Shown: in pieces, positions 28,601 through 38,663 of the stretch
Numbering within the stretch: the first letter of the stretch is position 1
Layout of the letters: every line of letters begins with the position of its first letter
Source of the DNA: Nanobdellota archaeon
GTDB lineage: Archaea > Nanobdellota > Nanobdellia > Pacearchaeales > GW2011-AR1
Length of the DNA stretch: 53,316 nt
Assembly (NCBI GenBank): GCA_038045445.1
Contig: JBBSYC010000010.1
Location: 1 to 53,316 of the forward strand
Direction: 5' to 3'
Translations under genes and position numbers: made by a program
The notes under the pieces: model-generated
Told to the model about the DNA's origin: nothing
Database searches by the model: none
What the model saw: the letters and a program-made list of their open reading frames with translations, nothing else

Positions 28601-28956
28601 ACCAGTTTAGAAACTCAAACCCTGCAATATTCGGAGTCAAAGTTTTAGCTGGAAAATTAAAAAAGAACATAAATATGATTGATGAAACTGGAGAGGATAT
28701 TGCAAGAGTAAAAGCAATACAAGAAGATAAAAATTCAGTTGAACAGGCAGAGGAAGGGAAAGAAGTAGCCATCTCCCTTCCAGGAACAAATTTTGAGCGT
28801 CAATTAGCAGACAAACAATATCTTTATAGTCAAATAAGCGAGAATCAATTCAAAATATTCAAGAAAAATAAAGACCTTTTATCAGAATCAGAAATAAAGG
28901 CAATAATGGAAGTGGCAGAAATCAAGAGAAAACGCAAGTCTGATTGGGGTAAGTAG
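25645..28956 (+). CDS. infB: Translation initiation factor aIF5B (IF-2) precursor containing an intein
   Basis: RQPIITVAGHVDHGK|TSLLD, EAGGITQ, DTPGHAAF, NKID; ATG 25645. Confidence 0.97.
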   Translation: MTTEQKIRQPIITVAGHVDHGKCVAGDTLLTLSTGEIKKAKDIFNEHFEENKAKKIDDGVFQDVSKSGIFVSSFNGTNIIKKNISHIWRRESQKLVEIKIASGDTIKTTPEHLFLVFNNKISEKRADQLSENDFVVFPGCLVTEDMQIKDIIINRLKKLDNFVCFINEKFDSVFGKILNENRKSLEKKLSITNLSNNIRERKFRIKDLFLIGYYLGIEDEKIYSVIDSIKNSSDKWRVGHTSNKVLLSIENPEELGYVLGCVAGHGHITKTTVVLNNNDEDVQIEYRKCLKKIFGLETKIEMGHTCQIIKDSGGRTFARILSEVFDIPVGNKSGIIKVPEIAKKNKDVFKGFFAGLFDTDGYVSKINNCIEITSKSSEIIKESSILLLNFGILSSIYVKNGFHNLRISNKKYLKGFLENITPRLKRKTERIIKAYEKSQASRIFDIIPIDKKQFKKLKFSGKKNILVPYFNKYLKSQNITRDFVLKVLDKIKENNEFSNFLKELLCKDIRIVRVLSKKEVKNTEKYVYDFTVPETHNFIAERFIIHNTSLLDCFRDSQVQEKEAGGITQKISFTKYPIDQIKKTCPLIDKANIELKIPGFLFIDTPGHAAFTNLRQRGGSLADIAILVVDIKEGIKPQTAEVIQILKANKTPFVVALNKIDKLGGWKKTESIKNSLQTLPTHAKEEFEIALGTFQGSLQAHGFDSDLFYEISDFTKKVAIVPCSARTREGIPEILLVLCGLSQKFLADKLIISTEAKGILLEIKKQNSMETAEAILYDGSLKEGDKIGVATLDGNLIITKIRCIEEVLPLSSKFKSVREVFATTGIRLQLIDKEEILSGMPFQKIQNNEKEIREKFAKEFKNTLNIDKEGIIAKADSLGSLEALLTLLRQSNIPVVKASIGHINKSDLVGAKANLELNPLNAIILGFNVEKEPDLQSDNIKIITNQVVYKLIEDLEIWRKNKQEEIEKERMMELSQICKLEILHKYQFRNSNPAIFGVKVLAGKLKKNINMIDETGEDIARVKAIQEDKNSVEQAEEGKEVAISLPGTNFERQLADKQYLYSQISENQFKIFKKNKDLLSESEIKAIMEVAEIKRKRKSDWGK
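25711..27285 (+). mobile_element. Intein with LAGLIDADG-type endonuclease domain (525 aa)
   Basis: Begins CVAGDT; TTPEH block B; LGCVAGHG and AGLFDTDG; ends YDFTVPETHNFIAERFIIHN with Thr at +1. Confidence 0.95.
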
Positions 28957-29004
28957 GCCATTCAATTCAGAAAGAATTATAAATCTACATTTTAGATTAT
29001 TATT

Positions 29005-29520
29005 ATGGGTTATTTTTGTAATTCCTGCAATAAAACAATAACAAAAGCAGTATATACTTATTCTTATAAAAATTTCGATAAAGCCTTATGTAGAGAACAT
29101 CAGCCAAATAATATAAGGGAACCTAAAAATGTCTATGGTAAAGAACCAAAAAAAGAAGCAAAGTTTTTAGGAAGTTTATTAAAAGATAATGGATGGAATG
29201 TTGAATTTGAAAAATGGGATGGGTACAAACATGTTGATATTGTTATTGAAAATGCTAAAGTTCATATAGAAATAGATGGCTCTCATCATAACTTAAAACT
29301 AGGACAGGCAATCATAGATTTACAAAGAACATATCATTCGTTTAAAAAAGGATATGTAACTTTAAGAATACCTAATTGTCTAGTAAAGAATAAAGATTTA
29401 ATTTTTAAGACCGCCCATTACATAAATACTTTTCTAAAGCAAGGCTTTGAAATGAACAATAAAGTAGATGATAGGAATTTATTTGAAAGAATAATAGGTA
29501 AGAAAATAGAATTTGTTTAA
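29005..29520 (+). CDS. DUF559/Vsr-like endonuclease-fold protein with N-terminal zinc finger
   Basis: CxxC...CxxH at the N-terminus; VDIV....IEIDGSHH...D..R...GY..LRIPN. Confidence 0.7.
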   Translation: MGYFCNSCNKTITKAVYTYSYKNFDKALCREHQPNNIREPKNVYGKEPKKEAKFLGSLLKDNGWNVEFEKWDGYKHVDIVIENAKVHIEIDGSHHNLKLGQAIIDLQRTYHSFKKGYVTLRIPNCLVKNKDLIFKTAHYINTFLKQGFEMNNKVDDRNLFERIIGKKIEFV

Positions 29521-29556
29521 AGATAAGTAATATAAATCTCAAAAAGTTACAGTTAT

Positions 29557-29943
29557 ATGCAATCCGCGTTAATCTTAACATTATCAATTCTAGGTTTAGC
29601 AATAACAATATACATCACAATAGCACACATCTTAAAAAAGAAAATAATTTGCCCAATAGATGGAAAAAGTTGCAACAAAGTCCTTGACAGCAAATACTCA
29701 AGAACTCTGGGCATAAAAAATGAAATAATCGGCTTCAGTTATTATCTCTTAATTATTGCAGGATTATTTATATTCCAATCAGAAAGCATAAACCTAATCT
29801 TAAAGATGATTTCCCCAATAGCGATGATATATTCAATAATCTTGTTTGGAATACAAATCAGAATAATAAAAAGCTACTGCTTTTGGTGCATCTCAACAGC
29901 AATAATAAATATCTTGCTCTTTATTTCAATAATTAATTCTTAA
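29557..29943 (+). CDS. Vitamin K epoxide reductase (VKOR) family protein
   Basis: C.....C..VL.S.YS loop and C-terminal CFWC in a four-TM protein. Confidence 0.9.
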   Translation: MQSALILTLSILGLAITIYITIAHILKKKIICPIDGKSCNKVLDSKYSRTLGIKNEIIGFSYYLLIIAGLFIFQSESINLILKMISPIAMIYSIILFGIQIRIIKSYCFWCISTAIINILLFISIINS

Positions 29944-31893
29944 TCAAATCTTCTTTCTTCTCAATAAATTAGCATTAGTAACAACAGTAATTGAAGATAG
30001 AGCCATTGCTATTTCAGCAATAACTGGATGTAAGACTCCTGCAACAGCCAATGGAATGGCAATAATGTTATATGCAAATGCCCAGAATAGGTTCTGTTTT
30101 ATCTTCTTAAAAGTAGCCTTTGATAAATTAATTGCTTCAACAACCCCAAGTAAGGAGCCACGAGCAAGAACAATATCTCCAGCTTCAATTGCAATGTCTG
30201 TTCCTGTGCCCATTGCAATACCCACATTGCTTTGTTTCAAAGCAGGAGCGTCATTTATTCCATCTCCTATGAAAGCAACCATTCCTTGATTTTGTAATTC
30301 TAAAACTTTTTTTGCCTTATCTTCTGGCAAAACACCTGCAATTACTTCTGAAATACCAACTTGTTTTGCAATAGCCATAGCAGTCCTTTCATTATCTCCT
30401 GTAATCATTACAGTTCTATATCTTTGAGTATTCAATTTGTTTATAGCTTCGATAGAGTCTTCCTTTATGGCATCAGCAACTGCAATAACTCCAATAACTT
30501 TTTTGTTTTCAGCAACAATCATTACAGTTTTTCCGCTAGATTCAAACCCTGAAATTTCATCTTCAAAAGAAGAATATTTTATTTTTTTATCATTCATTAA
30601 AGCCCTATTTCCAATTAATATTTCCTTTCCAGATATTTTTCCAATAACTCCCTTACCTCTGACAATACTAAAACCTGTAACTTTTTTGTATTTCTTTAAA
30701 GCAGCCTTTGTAACAATGGCGTGAGCAATAGGATGTTCACTCAATTTCTCCAAGCTAGCAGATATTTCAAGTAAATAGTTTTCCTTCACCTTAGAATAAA
30801 TATCGGTAACTTCAGGTTTTCCCTTTGTTATTGTACCTGTTTTGTCAAACACAACAATCTTGATTTCTTTCATTGTCTGAATTGCTTCTCCCTTTCGTAT
30901 CAATATTCCCTTTTTAGCCCCCATTCCAGACCCAACCATTAAAGCAGTTGGAGTAGCAAGTCCCAATGCGCAAGGACAAGCGATAACAAGTACAGCAACT
31001 CCAACTCCTATAGATCTACTCAAGTCTCCTGAAAAGAACCACCAATTAAGAAAAGTTAAAACTGCAAGAACAAGAATAATGGGAACAAATACAGAAGTAA
31101 TCTTATCAGCAAGTCTTTGTATTGGTATTTTCTCGCTCTGTGTTTGTTCAACTAATTCAATTATATGTGATAAAAACGTATCCTTTCCAATTTTTGTAGT
31201 TTTAACATAAAGTATACCATCCTGATTTATAGTAGCTCCAATAACTGTTTTTCCCTTTGATTTTTCGACAGGTAAGCTCTCACCAGTAACCATTGACTCA
31301 TCAACACTACTCTCACCTTTAACGACAATTCCATCGGTGGGTATTTTTTCTCCAGGTTTTACAATCATTACATCTCCAAGTTTAACTTCTTCAATTGGAA
31401 TTTCAATTTCATTGCCGTCTCTGATAACCGTAGCGTTCTTTGCACCAAGTTCAAGAAGTTTTCTTATTTCAGCAGAAGCACGACCTCTGGCCTTCGCCTC
31501 AACATATTTTCCAGTCGTAAAGAAAGCCATTATCATTGCAGCAACACCAGAATAATCCGCAACAACTTCCGTAAAAGAAAATATCCCTGTCAAGTAAGCA
31601 ACAAGAGTTCCCAGGGCTATAAGAGAATCCATGTTAAAGTAAAAAGTAAATAACCCCCTCATACCTGATTTCATTGTCTCAAAACCAAATATAAAAAGAA
31701 CAGGAAAACCCAAAACAAGAATAGTAATTATAGAATAAGGCATTTCAATAAGTTCAAACCCAAAGAGCCTTTCAGAAAGCATTATTATTGCAATAGGAAT
31801 AGTAAGCACCCATGACCAAAAAAGTTTTCTTTTCCAACTCTTTATTTCATCATCTTCAATAGGTTCTTCGTGATGATGTTCGTGTTCATTCAT
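29944..31893 (-). CDS. copA: Cu(I)-type P1B ATPase without a fused HMA domain
   Basis: [26 protein letters not shown] and M..SS; His-rich N-terminus (HEHHHEE). Confidence 0.95.
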   Translation of the reverse strand: MNEHEHHHEEPIEDDEIKSWKRKLFWSWVLTIPIAIIMLSERLFGFELIEMPYSIITILVLGFPVLFIFGFETMKSGMRGLFTFYFNMDSLIALGTLVAYLTGIFSFTEVVADYSGVAAMIMAFFTTGKYVEAKARGRASAEIRKLLELGAKNATVIRDGNEIEIPIEEVKLGDVMIVKPGEKIPTDGIVVKGESSVDESMVTGESLPVEKSKGKTVIGATINQDGILYVKTTKIGKDTFLSHIIELVEQTQSEKIPIQRLADKITSVFVPIILVLAVLTFLNWWFFSGDLSRSIGVGVAVLVIACPCALGLATPTALMVGSGMGAKKGILIRKGEAIQTMKEIKIVVFDKTGTITKGKPEVTDIYSKVKENYLLEISASLEKLSEHPIAHAIVTKAALKKYKKVTGFSIVRGKGVIGKISGKEILIGNRALMNDKKIKYSSFEDEISGFESSGKTVMIVAENKKVIGVIAVADAIKEDSIEAINKLNTQRYRTVMITGDNERTAMAIAKQVGISEVIAGVLPEDKAKKVLELQNQGMVAFIGDGINDAPALKQSNVGIAMGTGTDIAIEAGDIVLARGSLLGVVEAINLSKATFKKIKQNLFWAFAYNIIAIPLAVAGVLHPVIAEIAMALSSITVVTNANLLRRKKI

Positions 31894-32102
31894 TCTATCT
31901 TGGATACCTTATATCCTGCTCTCGCAACAGCTTTCTTTATTTCATCATCATTCACATTATCTTCAGCTTCAACTGTTCCTTTCTTCATCATTAGACTTAC
32001 AGAAGCTTCCTTAATACCAGATACTTTCTTCAAGCTCCTTTCGATGTTACTTGCGCACGAAGAACAATGCATACCCTCAATAGATATCTTAAGTTTTTTC
32101 AT
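31890..32102 (-). CDS. copZ: HMA copper chaperone
   Basis: GMHCSSC motif, AGY C-terminus; ATGA overlap with copA. Confidence 0.9.
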   Translation of the reverse strand: MKKLKISIEGMHCSSCASNIERSLKKVSGIKEASVSLMMKKGTVEAEDNVNDDEIKKAVARAGYKVSKIE

Positions 32103-32466
32103 TTTGCCCACCATTTATAGATTGTAAAATATGGATGCAATATTGAGACATATGCTTTTCAATTAATTTCATAAGTGGTTTTATTGTTTCTAAATTCAAC
32201 GAATAATAACGATACTTTTTATCTATTTCAGAATTAACAAAACCACATTGTTTTAATCTAGCCAAATCATGAGAAACAGCAGTTTGATTCATATTCATTT
32301 CTTCCATAATCTCTGAGACATTTTTTTTTCCATTCATGAGTAGATTAATAATTTTTAATCTTGATTCGGAAACCAAAGTACCAAAGAAGATTTTATATGC
32401 TCCGTACATCTCTTCAGAGTTAAAACCTTTATCATGACATTTATGTAATATGTTTTTGTTGATCAT
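32089..32466 (-). CDS. ArsR/SmtB-family regulator (copy 1)
   Basis: SRLKII.LL, AVSHDL..LK..GFV, YRYY.L; C-terminal HM..YC.H. Confidence 0.92.
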   Translation of the reverse strand: MINKNILHKCHDKGFNSEEMYGAYKIFFGTLVSESRLKIINLLMNGKKNVSEIMEEMNMNQTAVSHDLARLKQCGFVNSEIDKKYRYYSLNLETIKPLMKLIEKHMSQYCIHILQSINGGQNEKT

Positions 32467-32485
32467 ATGACTTAATATTACATAT
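32465..32485. promoter_or_regulatory. Putative ArsR operator ATATG-N11-CATAT
   Basis: Inverted repeat overlapping the start codon; same motif and offset at the paralog (39145-39165). Confidence 0.7.
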
Positions 32486-32531
32486 CACTATTTAAATGTT
32501 TTGTCTGGTGTAAAGATAACCACAAAGATTT

Positions 32532-35129
32532 TTACCTATTTGATTTTTTATGCGCAATCCAAAATAAAATAATGACTATAATTAAAACAATAAAAACAAT
32601 TGAAACATATAACCACGCAGTAGATTTAATCCACCCTATTTCATCAATTTTAGACTGTTGTGAAACATTCTCTTCATCAGATACTATTAAAGCTTTCTCA
32701 TTTATAGAACTAATGGTGATGTTTGCTTTATTCTCTCTTATACCATTCAATTTAACTAATAAATCATATATTTCATTATTATTGACGTCCACCTTCCACT
32801 CCTCTCCGATTAAAATAGTCTTTTGTTGAGGTATAGATGAAACATTTATAGTAGCCTTTGTTTCTGTCAATTCAACAATTCCCAAATAATGGGCTTCTCC
32901 GGCAATTTTTAATTTTGTCCTATGTTTTACCGAAAATTCCATTACCAAAGGTGCTTGTTCGCTAAAATCTTTAGTGTCGTAAGCGAAGGTGTTTTTCCAA
33001 AATGAAGATGATGTCCCTCCTTCAGAAGAACTTGAAGAGGAAGAACTACTACTAGTGGTCGAAGCTGCAGTTACAAGATTGCCTGCTATTTTTGGACCAG
33101 TCCCTGAAAAATGAGGTAGTCTTACCCATATTTTATTATTGGCAGTATCAATATGACATGGACTTGTTGAATTTATTAAATCATATGAAGTAATGTTATT
33201 TGTTACACAAGTTGACTGATTTAGCAAATTCGCCCATTCACCTTGTCTTGCCAAATAGTGAGAATTATTGCCAGCCAACGCTCCTGCATCAGTTCCATTT
33301 GCAGTAGAATTCCAAATAATACCCCAATTATCGTCATAGAATAAGGGAATTGACATATTAACTGCTCCCGTTTCATTAAGGCCTGTTTGCGAACTACTTC
33401 CCACGGTATAAGGCATTGAAATCAAAACATAATCATATATTGTAGGTCCACCTGAACCAAATCTCAAGGCAGATTCAAATGTTTCAGAAGTACTAGGATT
33501 TGTACTTGAATCAAATAATGCATCTGGAGGCCCAGAAGCAATCATATCCACATTTACATAATGAACACTAATATTACCAACACCCATCCTAAAGCTAAGT
33601 TTTCCCCCGCCCATAATAGCAGACATAGGATTAAATGAACTCATATCCTGAGAACCTCCTAACAAACAAGAACCAGCTGGGTTAGGGATATCACACGTAG
33701 AGTTCGATACATATAGCGCCATCGTTATACTTGATGCGGCTAAAGCAGAATCAATAGCATTAGGGTTGAAAGAGTTAAGAGTTATATTAACAGAGCTTTG
33801 TAGTTGACTAGGAGTATAAGATACTCTTTTCGGCGCAAAATTCCCTCCTCCAACAAAGACATTCATCTCTTTAACTCCCGTTGAATTTAATAAAGGTAAT
33901 GAAAAAGTACTAGTACTGCCCTGATTAATATCATCCATCCAAGTGAATTCAATTGCTCCTTGACTTGAATAATCAACATTCACTTCAACATGTGCATTTA
34001 CAGTATCTAATGTTGAATTAGTTGAATTAATTATGCTGAAAGATTGCTTTGCCGTAGATATATTGATTTGCCCGCCAGATACTGTTTCCATGCTTATATT
34101 TGAAGCAACCCCAAATAATCCAGATACTGAACTAAAATTAAACTGTATTAACCCTCCAGTACCCAAACTACTAATATTTCTAAATCCCCCGTAGTAGTTG
34201 CTTCCATTCCTCGCTGTTGCAAATAATAAAATGCTAGATGTCTCTGCAGGTGTCGAAGGCAGAGAAATATTATAGAATCCATTAGTTAGATTGTGGAAGT
34301 CGGTTCCTCCAATAAAACCACTTAGATTGTAAGGCATATTCCCAAAATTAGAGTGAACCATATTTCCTGGCTCTAAAAGATATGGGACAACTGTAAATTC
34401 ATTCCAACCAGAAATACCTGAGTAGTTAATAAATCCGCTAACTCTGACTAAATTCATCGTCGTATTGAATTGATAATGTAACATCTTTGTTGTAAAATTA
34501 TAATTAGAAAGATTACTTAAGTTATATGATTGTGAAGCTGAAAAATTATTCCAATTAAAACTTACAGGCATACTTTGATCTGGAAAGATCATTACAGAAT
34601 AATTCCTATCTCTTGGAAGAATAGTCACAGAATCATTAACATTCGAATCAAAGTTTTGTGCAATCGAGTAACCCAATTTCTGATCCTTTATTTGATACTT
34701 AAAGGGAATCCTCGCCCCTGATGAATTAATTGCAGTTATATTTATTCTCCCACCTTCTTTCAAGAAAAAAGTGGTTCCAGCAACTTGAGATAATATTTCT
34801 TGAGGAAATGCAGGCAAACTCTGTCCAACCCAAGCTACTGCTCCAGTTGTTAAATTTGTCCATGTGATTTTAGGTTCATACATCCACTGAGCGTCCTCAT
34901 TCACTGTCAGATTGAACCACCCGGAGGCATTTGTAGTCGTATAATTATATCCTACTATGGAAAATCCATTAGTACTTCTTACGGTAATGTTTACAACACT
35001 ATTATTTAATGAATTTCCATTAATATCTTTAACAGTGCCATTAAATTGAAAACCGGAAACAAAACCAGAAAGCACAAAGATAACTCCGAAAAACAAAGTT
35101 ACAAAAAATATCCAACTATTCTTCACCAT
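32532..35129 (-). CDS. Large cell-surface glycoprotein
   Basis: Signal peptide, very many N-x-S/T sequons, poly-Ser linker, C-terminal TM with a basic tail. Confidence 0.8.
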   Translation of the reverse strand: MVKNSWIFFVTLFFGVIFVLSGFVSGFQFNGTVKDINGNSLNNSVVNITVRSTNGFSIVGYNYTTTNASGWFNLTVNEDAQWMYEPKITWTNLTTGAVAWVGQSLPAFPQEILSQVAGTTFFLKEGGRINITAINSSGARIPFKYQIKDQKLGYSIAQNFDSNVNDSVTILPRDRNYSVMIFPDQSMPVSFNWNNFSASQSYNLSNLSNYNFTTKMLHYQFNTTMNLVRVSGFINYSGISGWNEFTVVPYLLEPGNMVHSNFGNMPYNLSGFIGGTDFHNLTNGFYNISLPSTPAETSSILLFATARNGSNYYGGFRNISSLGTGGLIQFNFSSVSGLFGVASNISMETVSGGQINISTAKQSFSIINSTNSTLDTVNAHVEVNVDYSSQGAIEFTWMDDINQGSTSTFSLPLLNSTGVKEMNVFVGGGNFAPKRVSYTPSQLQSSVNITLNSFNPNAIDSALAASSITMALYVSNSTCDIPNPAGSCLLGGSQDMSSFNPMSAIMGGGKLSFRMGVGNISVHYVNVDMIASGPPDALFDSSTNPSTSETFESALRFGSGGPTIYDYVLISMPYTVGSSSQTGLNETGAVNMSIPLFYDDNWGIIWNSTANGTDAGALAGNNSHYLARQGEWANLLNQSTCVTNNITSYDLINSTSPCHIDTANNKIWVRLPHFSGTGPKIAGNLVTAASTTSSSSSSSSSSEGGTSSSFWKNTFAYDTKDFSEQAPLVMEFSVKHRTKLKIAGEAHYLGIVELTETKATINVSSIPQQKTILIGEEWKVDVNNNEIYDLLVKLNGIRENKANITISSINEKALIVSDEENVSQQSKIDEIGWIKSTAWLYVSIVFIVLIIVIILFWIAHKKSNR

Positions 35130-35243
35130 GCTCTTTACTGCTGATATAATAAACTTCTTTATAAAACTTACTAATTTTTTCGAATCCTAAATTTTATTTA
35201 GTTCGAGGTTTCATGCATACAAAAAGATTATTTTTTATTTTTT

Positions 35244-35510
35244 TCATCTTCTTCTCCTATTATTTATATGCGAACTATTTGATTGTAATTGTCTAATTAA
35301 CCACACAACAAATAATATAATAGCAACCCCAAAAACAAGCATAAATAAAAATCCGAAAGAACTCATAAAACCATAACCAGACATCATTCCATAGCCCCAT
35401 GACGAGCCAGAGCACCAACCAAAGCCACCCATTCCAAATCCGCCAAATAAAATAATAGCAAAAGCTACAACTAAAACAATTATCAAGGTGTTATTATTTG
35501 GGTTCTTCAT
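35244..35510 (-). CDS. Small two-TM protein with a Gly/Met-rich loop
   Basis: GGFGMGG...YGMMSGYGFM between helices; ATGA overlap; similar to 40571..40852. Confidence 0.7.
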   Translation of the reverse strand: MKNPNNNTLIIVLVVAFAIILFGGFGMGGFGWCSGSSWGYGMMSGYGFMSSFGFLFMLVFGVAIILFVVWLIRQLQSNSSHINNRRRR

Positions 35511-35875
35511 TTTACTATTATAACTCCTGTTCCCATTCCCATTGAGCATGAGAAGCCATAAGTACCTGCTTTAGATGGCGTAAACTCCACATAATCTTTA
35601 GAAGTCTTTAGATATTTGTTTATCTTAAAATCTCTTATAGTGAGGCTTCTAAAACACCCAGTAACGCTGGAATCAAGTTTTATTCTAACAGTTTCACCAA
35701 CATCTGCGTTTATTGCATTAGGATAATAATTAAAATCTTTAATTCCAAGAATAACCTCTCTATATTCTCCTGTGGGATTTGAGTTATTTTGGTATGACTC
35801 ACCCTTTAACATCATCACACCAAACACTACAATAACAAACACAATTCCGATCAAGTAAAGTGAAGAACTTTTCAT
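35507..35875 (-). CDS. Membrane-anchored cupredoxin-domain protein (CupA-like)
   Basis: Y.P..I....G..V, GC, and FTP...GTY.FSCSMGM. Confidence 0.85.
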   Translation of the reverse strand: MKSSSLYLIGIVFVIVVFGVMMLKGESYQNNSNPTGEYREVILGIKDFNYYPNAINADVGETVRIKLDSSVTGCFRSLTIRDFKINKYLKTSKDYVEFTPSKAGTYGFSCSMGMGTGVIIVK

Positions 35876-36540
35876 GCTAGCAAAGCACTCCTTGGCCCGA
35901 AAACAGATAACCATATTGTTAAAGTAGTTAGTATAAAACTTACAACTATTGTAAACAGTTCTTCAATTTCTGTTTTCCTTTCAAAAGATTTTGTCTCTTT
36001 ATAGATTAAGAAATTAAGACCAGTCATTATTATAGCTCCTATGATAAATATAACTACCCCACTAGCTCTTAAGTTGTCGTTAAACATCATTAAAGCAGTC
36101 ATTGCACCCATGAGCCCTCCCATGAATCCAGCCATCATTCCTTCCATTACTCCCATTATCCCGCAACATTTCCCACTTAATATTCCAAAAGTCATTCCAA
36201 CAAGCATTCCCCATATACTTCCCCAAAACATTCCGTTTGTGGCTCCAACAAAGAAACCAGGTAAAAATCCAGCCATCATCCCAACAGTCATACCTATCAT
36301 CATTCCAGACATACATGGAAGAGACTCGTAACCCCTTACTTTCTTAAGAGTAGGCATAATAAGTGCATAGCTTAATATTGCAAAAAAGATATAAAAACCA
36401 AACTTTGGAAGTAAACCATCTATATATCTTAATTTAAAGAAATAAACTATTCCAAATACTACAAAAGAAGTAATGAGTGAAATCAATACTGTCTTTGTTA
36501 TCCTTCCCAAATCCTTTTCTCTAAATTCCTTGAAACTCAT
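35872..36540 (-). CDS. Met/Gly-rich multi-TM protein
   Basis: CMSGMMIGMTVGMMAG and GKCCGIMGVMEGMMAGFMGGLMGAM within TM segments. Confidence 0.8.
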   Translation of the reverse strand: MSFKEFREKDLGRITKTVLISLITSFVVFGIVYFFKLRYIDGLLPKFGFYIFFAILSYALIMPTLKKVRGYESLPCMSGMMIGMTVGMMAGFLPGFFVGATNGMFWGSIWGMLVGMTFGILSGKCCGIMGVMEGMMAGFMGGLMGAMTALMMFNDNLRASGVVIFIIGAIIMTGLNFLIYKETKSFERKTEIEELFTIVVSFILTTLTIWLSVFGPRSALLA

Positions 36541-36575
36541 ACAATACCCAAATCGCCATACTATAAAAGCTCTTT

Positions 36576-36593
36576 TGTGAAACTAGTTTCACA
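36576..36593. promoter_or_regulatory. Perfect 18-bp palindrome TGTGAAACTAGTTTCACA, putative activator site
   Basis: At -53..-36 of ATG 36540, directly upstream of AAAGAGC-TTTTATAG (BRE/TATA). Confidence 0.75.
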
Positions 36594-36654
36594 GAATATT
36601 AGAGATGTTCAAAGGATTAACAAGCTTTATTAACCTATAATTTGAACCAATAAA

Positions 36655-37146
36655 ATGGAAAACAAGCACGTAGGTTACATCCTGTTAGGAGTTTCTATTT
36701 TAATAGCAATAATTGTATTTATGTTTCAGAGTGCCTTGACGAGCTTTGTAAGTGCAAGTTGCACTCTCGCTCACGGAGGAAACTCATGTCCAATGTATGA
36801 CACAATAACACAACAGACCTACCTTGCATTAGGAATAGTAGGAATACTAGTCATAGTATCCATTATAATGATTTTTTCTAAACCTCATGAGAGAGTAATC
36901 ATAAAAACAAAAACAGTAGAAAAGAAACCCCAAAAGAGAATAGTAGACACAAGCGATTTAAGACAAGAAGAAAAACAAGTTCTAAAAATAATTCAAGAAA
37001 ACAAGACAATATTTCAGGCAGATATCATTGACAAGACTGGTTTTGGAAAGGCAAAAGTAACGAGAATAATAGACAGATTAGAAGGCAAGGGTATTGTGGA
37101 AAGAAAGAGAAGAGGAATGACTAATATTGTAGTGATAAAGGAATAA
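36655..37146 (+). CDS. Two-TM membrane-anchored wHTH (MarR-like) regulator (copy 1)
   Basis: TM, loop SCTLAHGGNSCPMY, TM, then IFQADI...GFGKAKVTRIIDRLEGKGIVERKRRGMTN. Confidence 0.85.
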   Translation: MENKHVGYILLGVSILIAIIVFMFQSALTSFVSASCTLAHGGNSCPMYDTITQQTYLALGIVGILVIVSIIMIFSKPHERVIIKTKTVEKKPQKRIVDTSDLRQEEKQVLKIIQENKTIFQADIIDKTGFGKAKVTRIIDRLEGKGIVERKRRGMTNIVVIKE

Positions 37147-37209
37147 TGTTTTCTTGCATTGCCACAGGTATTAGAAAACTTTAAGATGTAGAAGTTGAAT
37201 CATATTAAT

Positions 37210-38643
37210 ATGAACAATCCAAATATTTTAGCCGAAAGATATTCCTCGGAAGAAATTAGAGATATCTTTTCCAACATTTCTAGAATAAAATTAGAACGCA
37301 CCTTTTGGGTAGAGATTATGAAAATTCAACAAAAAATGGGGGTTTTAATTCAGGATTATGTGATAGAAAAATATGAAAAAGCAATTGAGAATATTGATTT
37401 TAATAGAATAACAGATATTGAAATGATTAGAAGACATGACATAAAGGCTAGAATTGAAGCTTTTAATGAAGCAGCGAAAATTGAATCTAAAGAACAGCAT
37501 ATACATAAGGGGATGACAAGTAGAGACCTATCAGATAATATTGACCAAATCCAGATAAAAAAAGCATCAGAAATAATATTCAATAAACTTGTCCACATAC
37601 TAAAAAGTTTTCTTGACAAGGCGGAAAAATATAAAGAGGTTATAATAGTTGGGCGAACACATATGCAACCAGCACAACCAACTACATTAGGCAGAAGGAT
37701 GGCCATGTTTGCCGAGGAATTATTACATCATTTAAAGGGATTTGAAAATTTTATTGAAATCTATCCATTTAGAGGAATTAAAGGACCGGTATCAACTCAA
37801 TTGGACATGATAAATATTTTAGGAAATGAGAATAATGTTGTTGAATTTGAAAGAATTATCGCCAAAAAATTTGGTTTTAACAACATATTAATATCTCCAG
37901 GTCAAATTTATCCAAGATCTTTGGATGCAGAACTTATTCAGAGAATTAGTTTAATGTGCTCATCACTTCAGAATTTCTCTAATACAATAAGACTGATGGC
38001 AAGAGAAGAGCTAATTACTGAAGGATTTCAGGAGGGACAAGTTGGATCAAGTTCAATGCCTCATAAAATGAATACTAGAAGCTCTGAAAGAATTTGGTCT
38101 CTTTCTGAATTAATTAAATCTTATGTGGATGCTTCATCTAGAATATCTGGTTCACAATGGGAAGAAGGAGATGTTTCAGAATCCGCCATTAGGAGAATTA
38201 TCATTCCAGACTGTTTTTATGCAATGGATGGAATATGCCTAACCACGTTAACAATTTTAAATGAAATGAAGATATTCCCCCAAGTAATAGACAATGAGCT
38301 AACTAAATATATTCCATTTCTAGCAACTTCCGAAATATTAACTTTGGCGGTACAGTGCGGGGCTGGGCGAGAAGAATCTCACGAAGTTATAAAAAAACAT
38401 GCAATTAATACAATAAATATGATTAGAGAAGGAAAAATAGCCCAATTCTCTAACGAACTAAGCAAGGACTTATTTTTCATAAATCTGGGAATTGATGAAA
38501 TTAAAATTAATGAAATACTAAAAAGAAGGGAATTATTTCTTGGAAGATCTAAAAATCAAATAGCTGAAGTCTCAAAAAAAGCTAGTTACTTTTTTAATAA
38601 ATATCCTTCATTGCTCAATTTAAACATAAAGTCCATACTTTAA
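37210..38643 (+). CDS. purB: Adenylosuccinate lyase
   Basis: RHDIKA, HIHKGMTSRD, GRTH.Q.AQPTTLG, GSSSMPHKMN signature. Confidence 0.95.
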   Translation: MNNPNILAERYSSEEIRDIFSNISRIKLERTFWVEIMKIQQKMGVLIQDYVIEKYEKAIENIDFNRITDIEMIRRHDIKARIEAFNEAAKIESKEQHIHKGMTSRDLSDNIDQIQIKKASEIIFNKLVHILKSFLDKAEKYKEVIIVGRTHMQPAQPTTLGRRMAMFAEELLHHLKGFENFIEIYPFRGIKGPVSTQLDMINILGNENNVVEFERIIAKKFGFNNILISPGQIYPRSLDAELIQRISLMCSSLQNFSNTIRLMAREELITEGFQEGQVGSSSMPHKMNTRSSERIWSLSELIKSYVDASSRISGSQWEEGDVSESAIRRIIIPDCFYAMDGICLTTLTILNEMKIFPQVIDNELTKYIPFLATSEILTLAVQCGAGREESHEVIKKHAINTINMIREGKIAQFSNELSKDLFFINLGIDEIKINEILKRRELFLGRSKNQIAEVSKKASYFFNKYPSLLNLNIKSIL

Positions 38644-38663
38644 ATCGCTATGATTCAACAAAA

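Noticed and set aside
35179-35206. TTCGAATCCT plus a weak hairpin as another array unit
   Set aside because: No tRNA-end copy and no P2 module.
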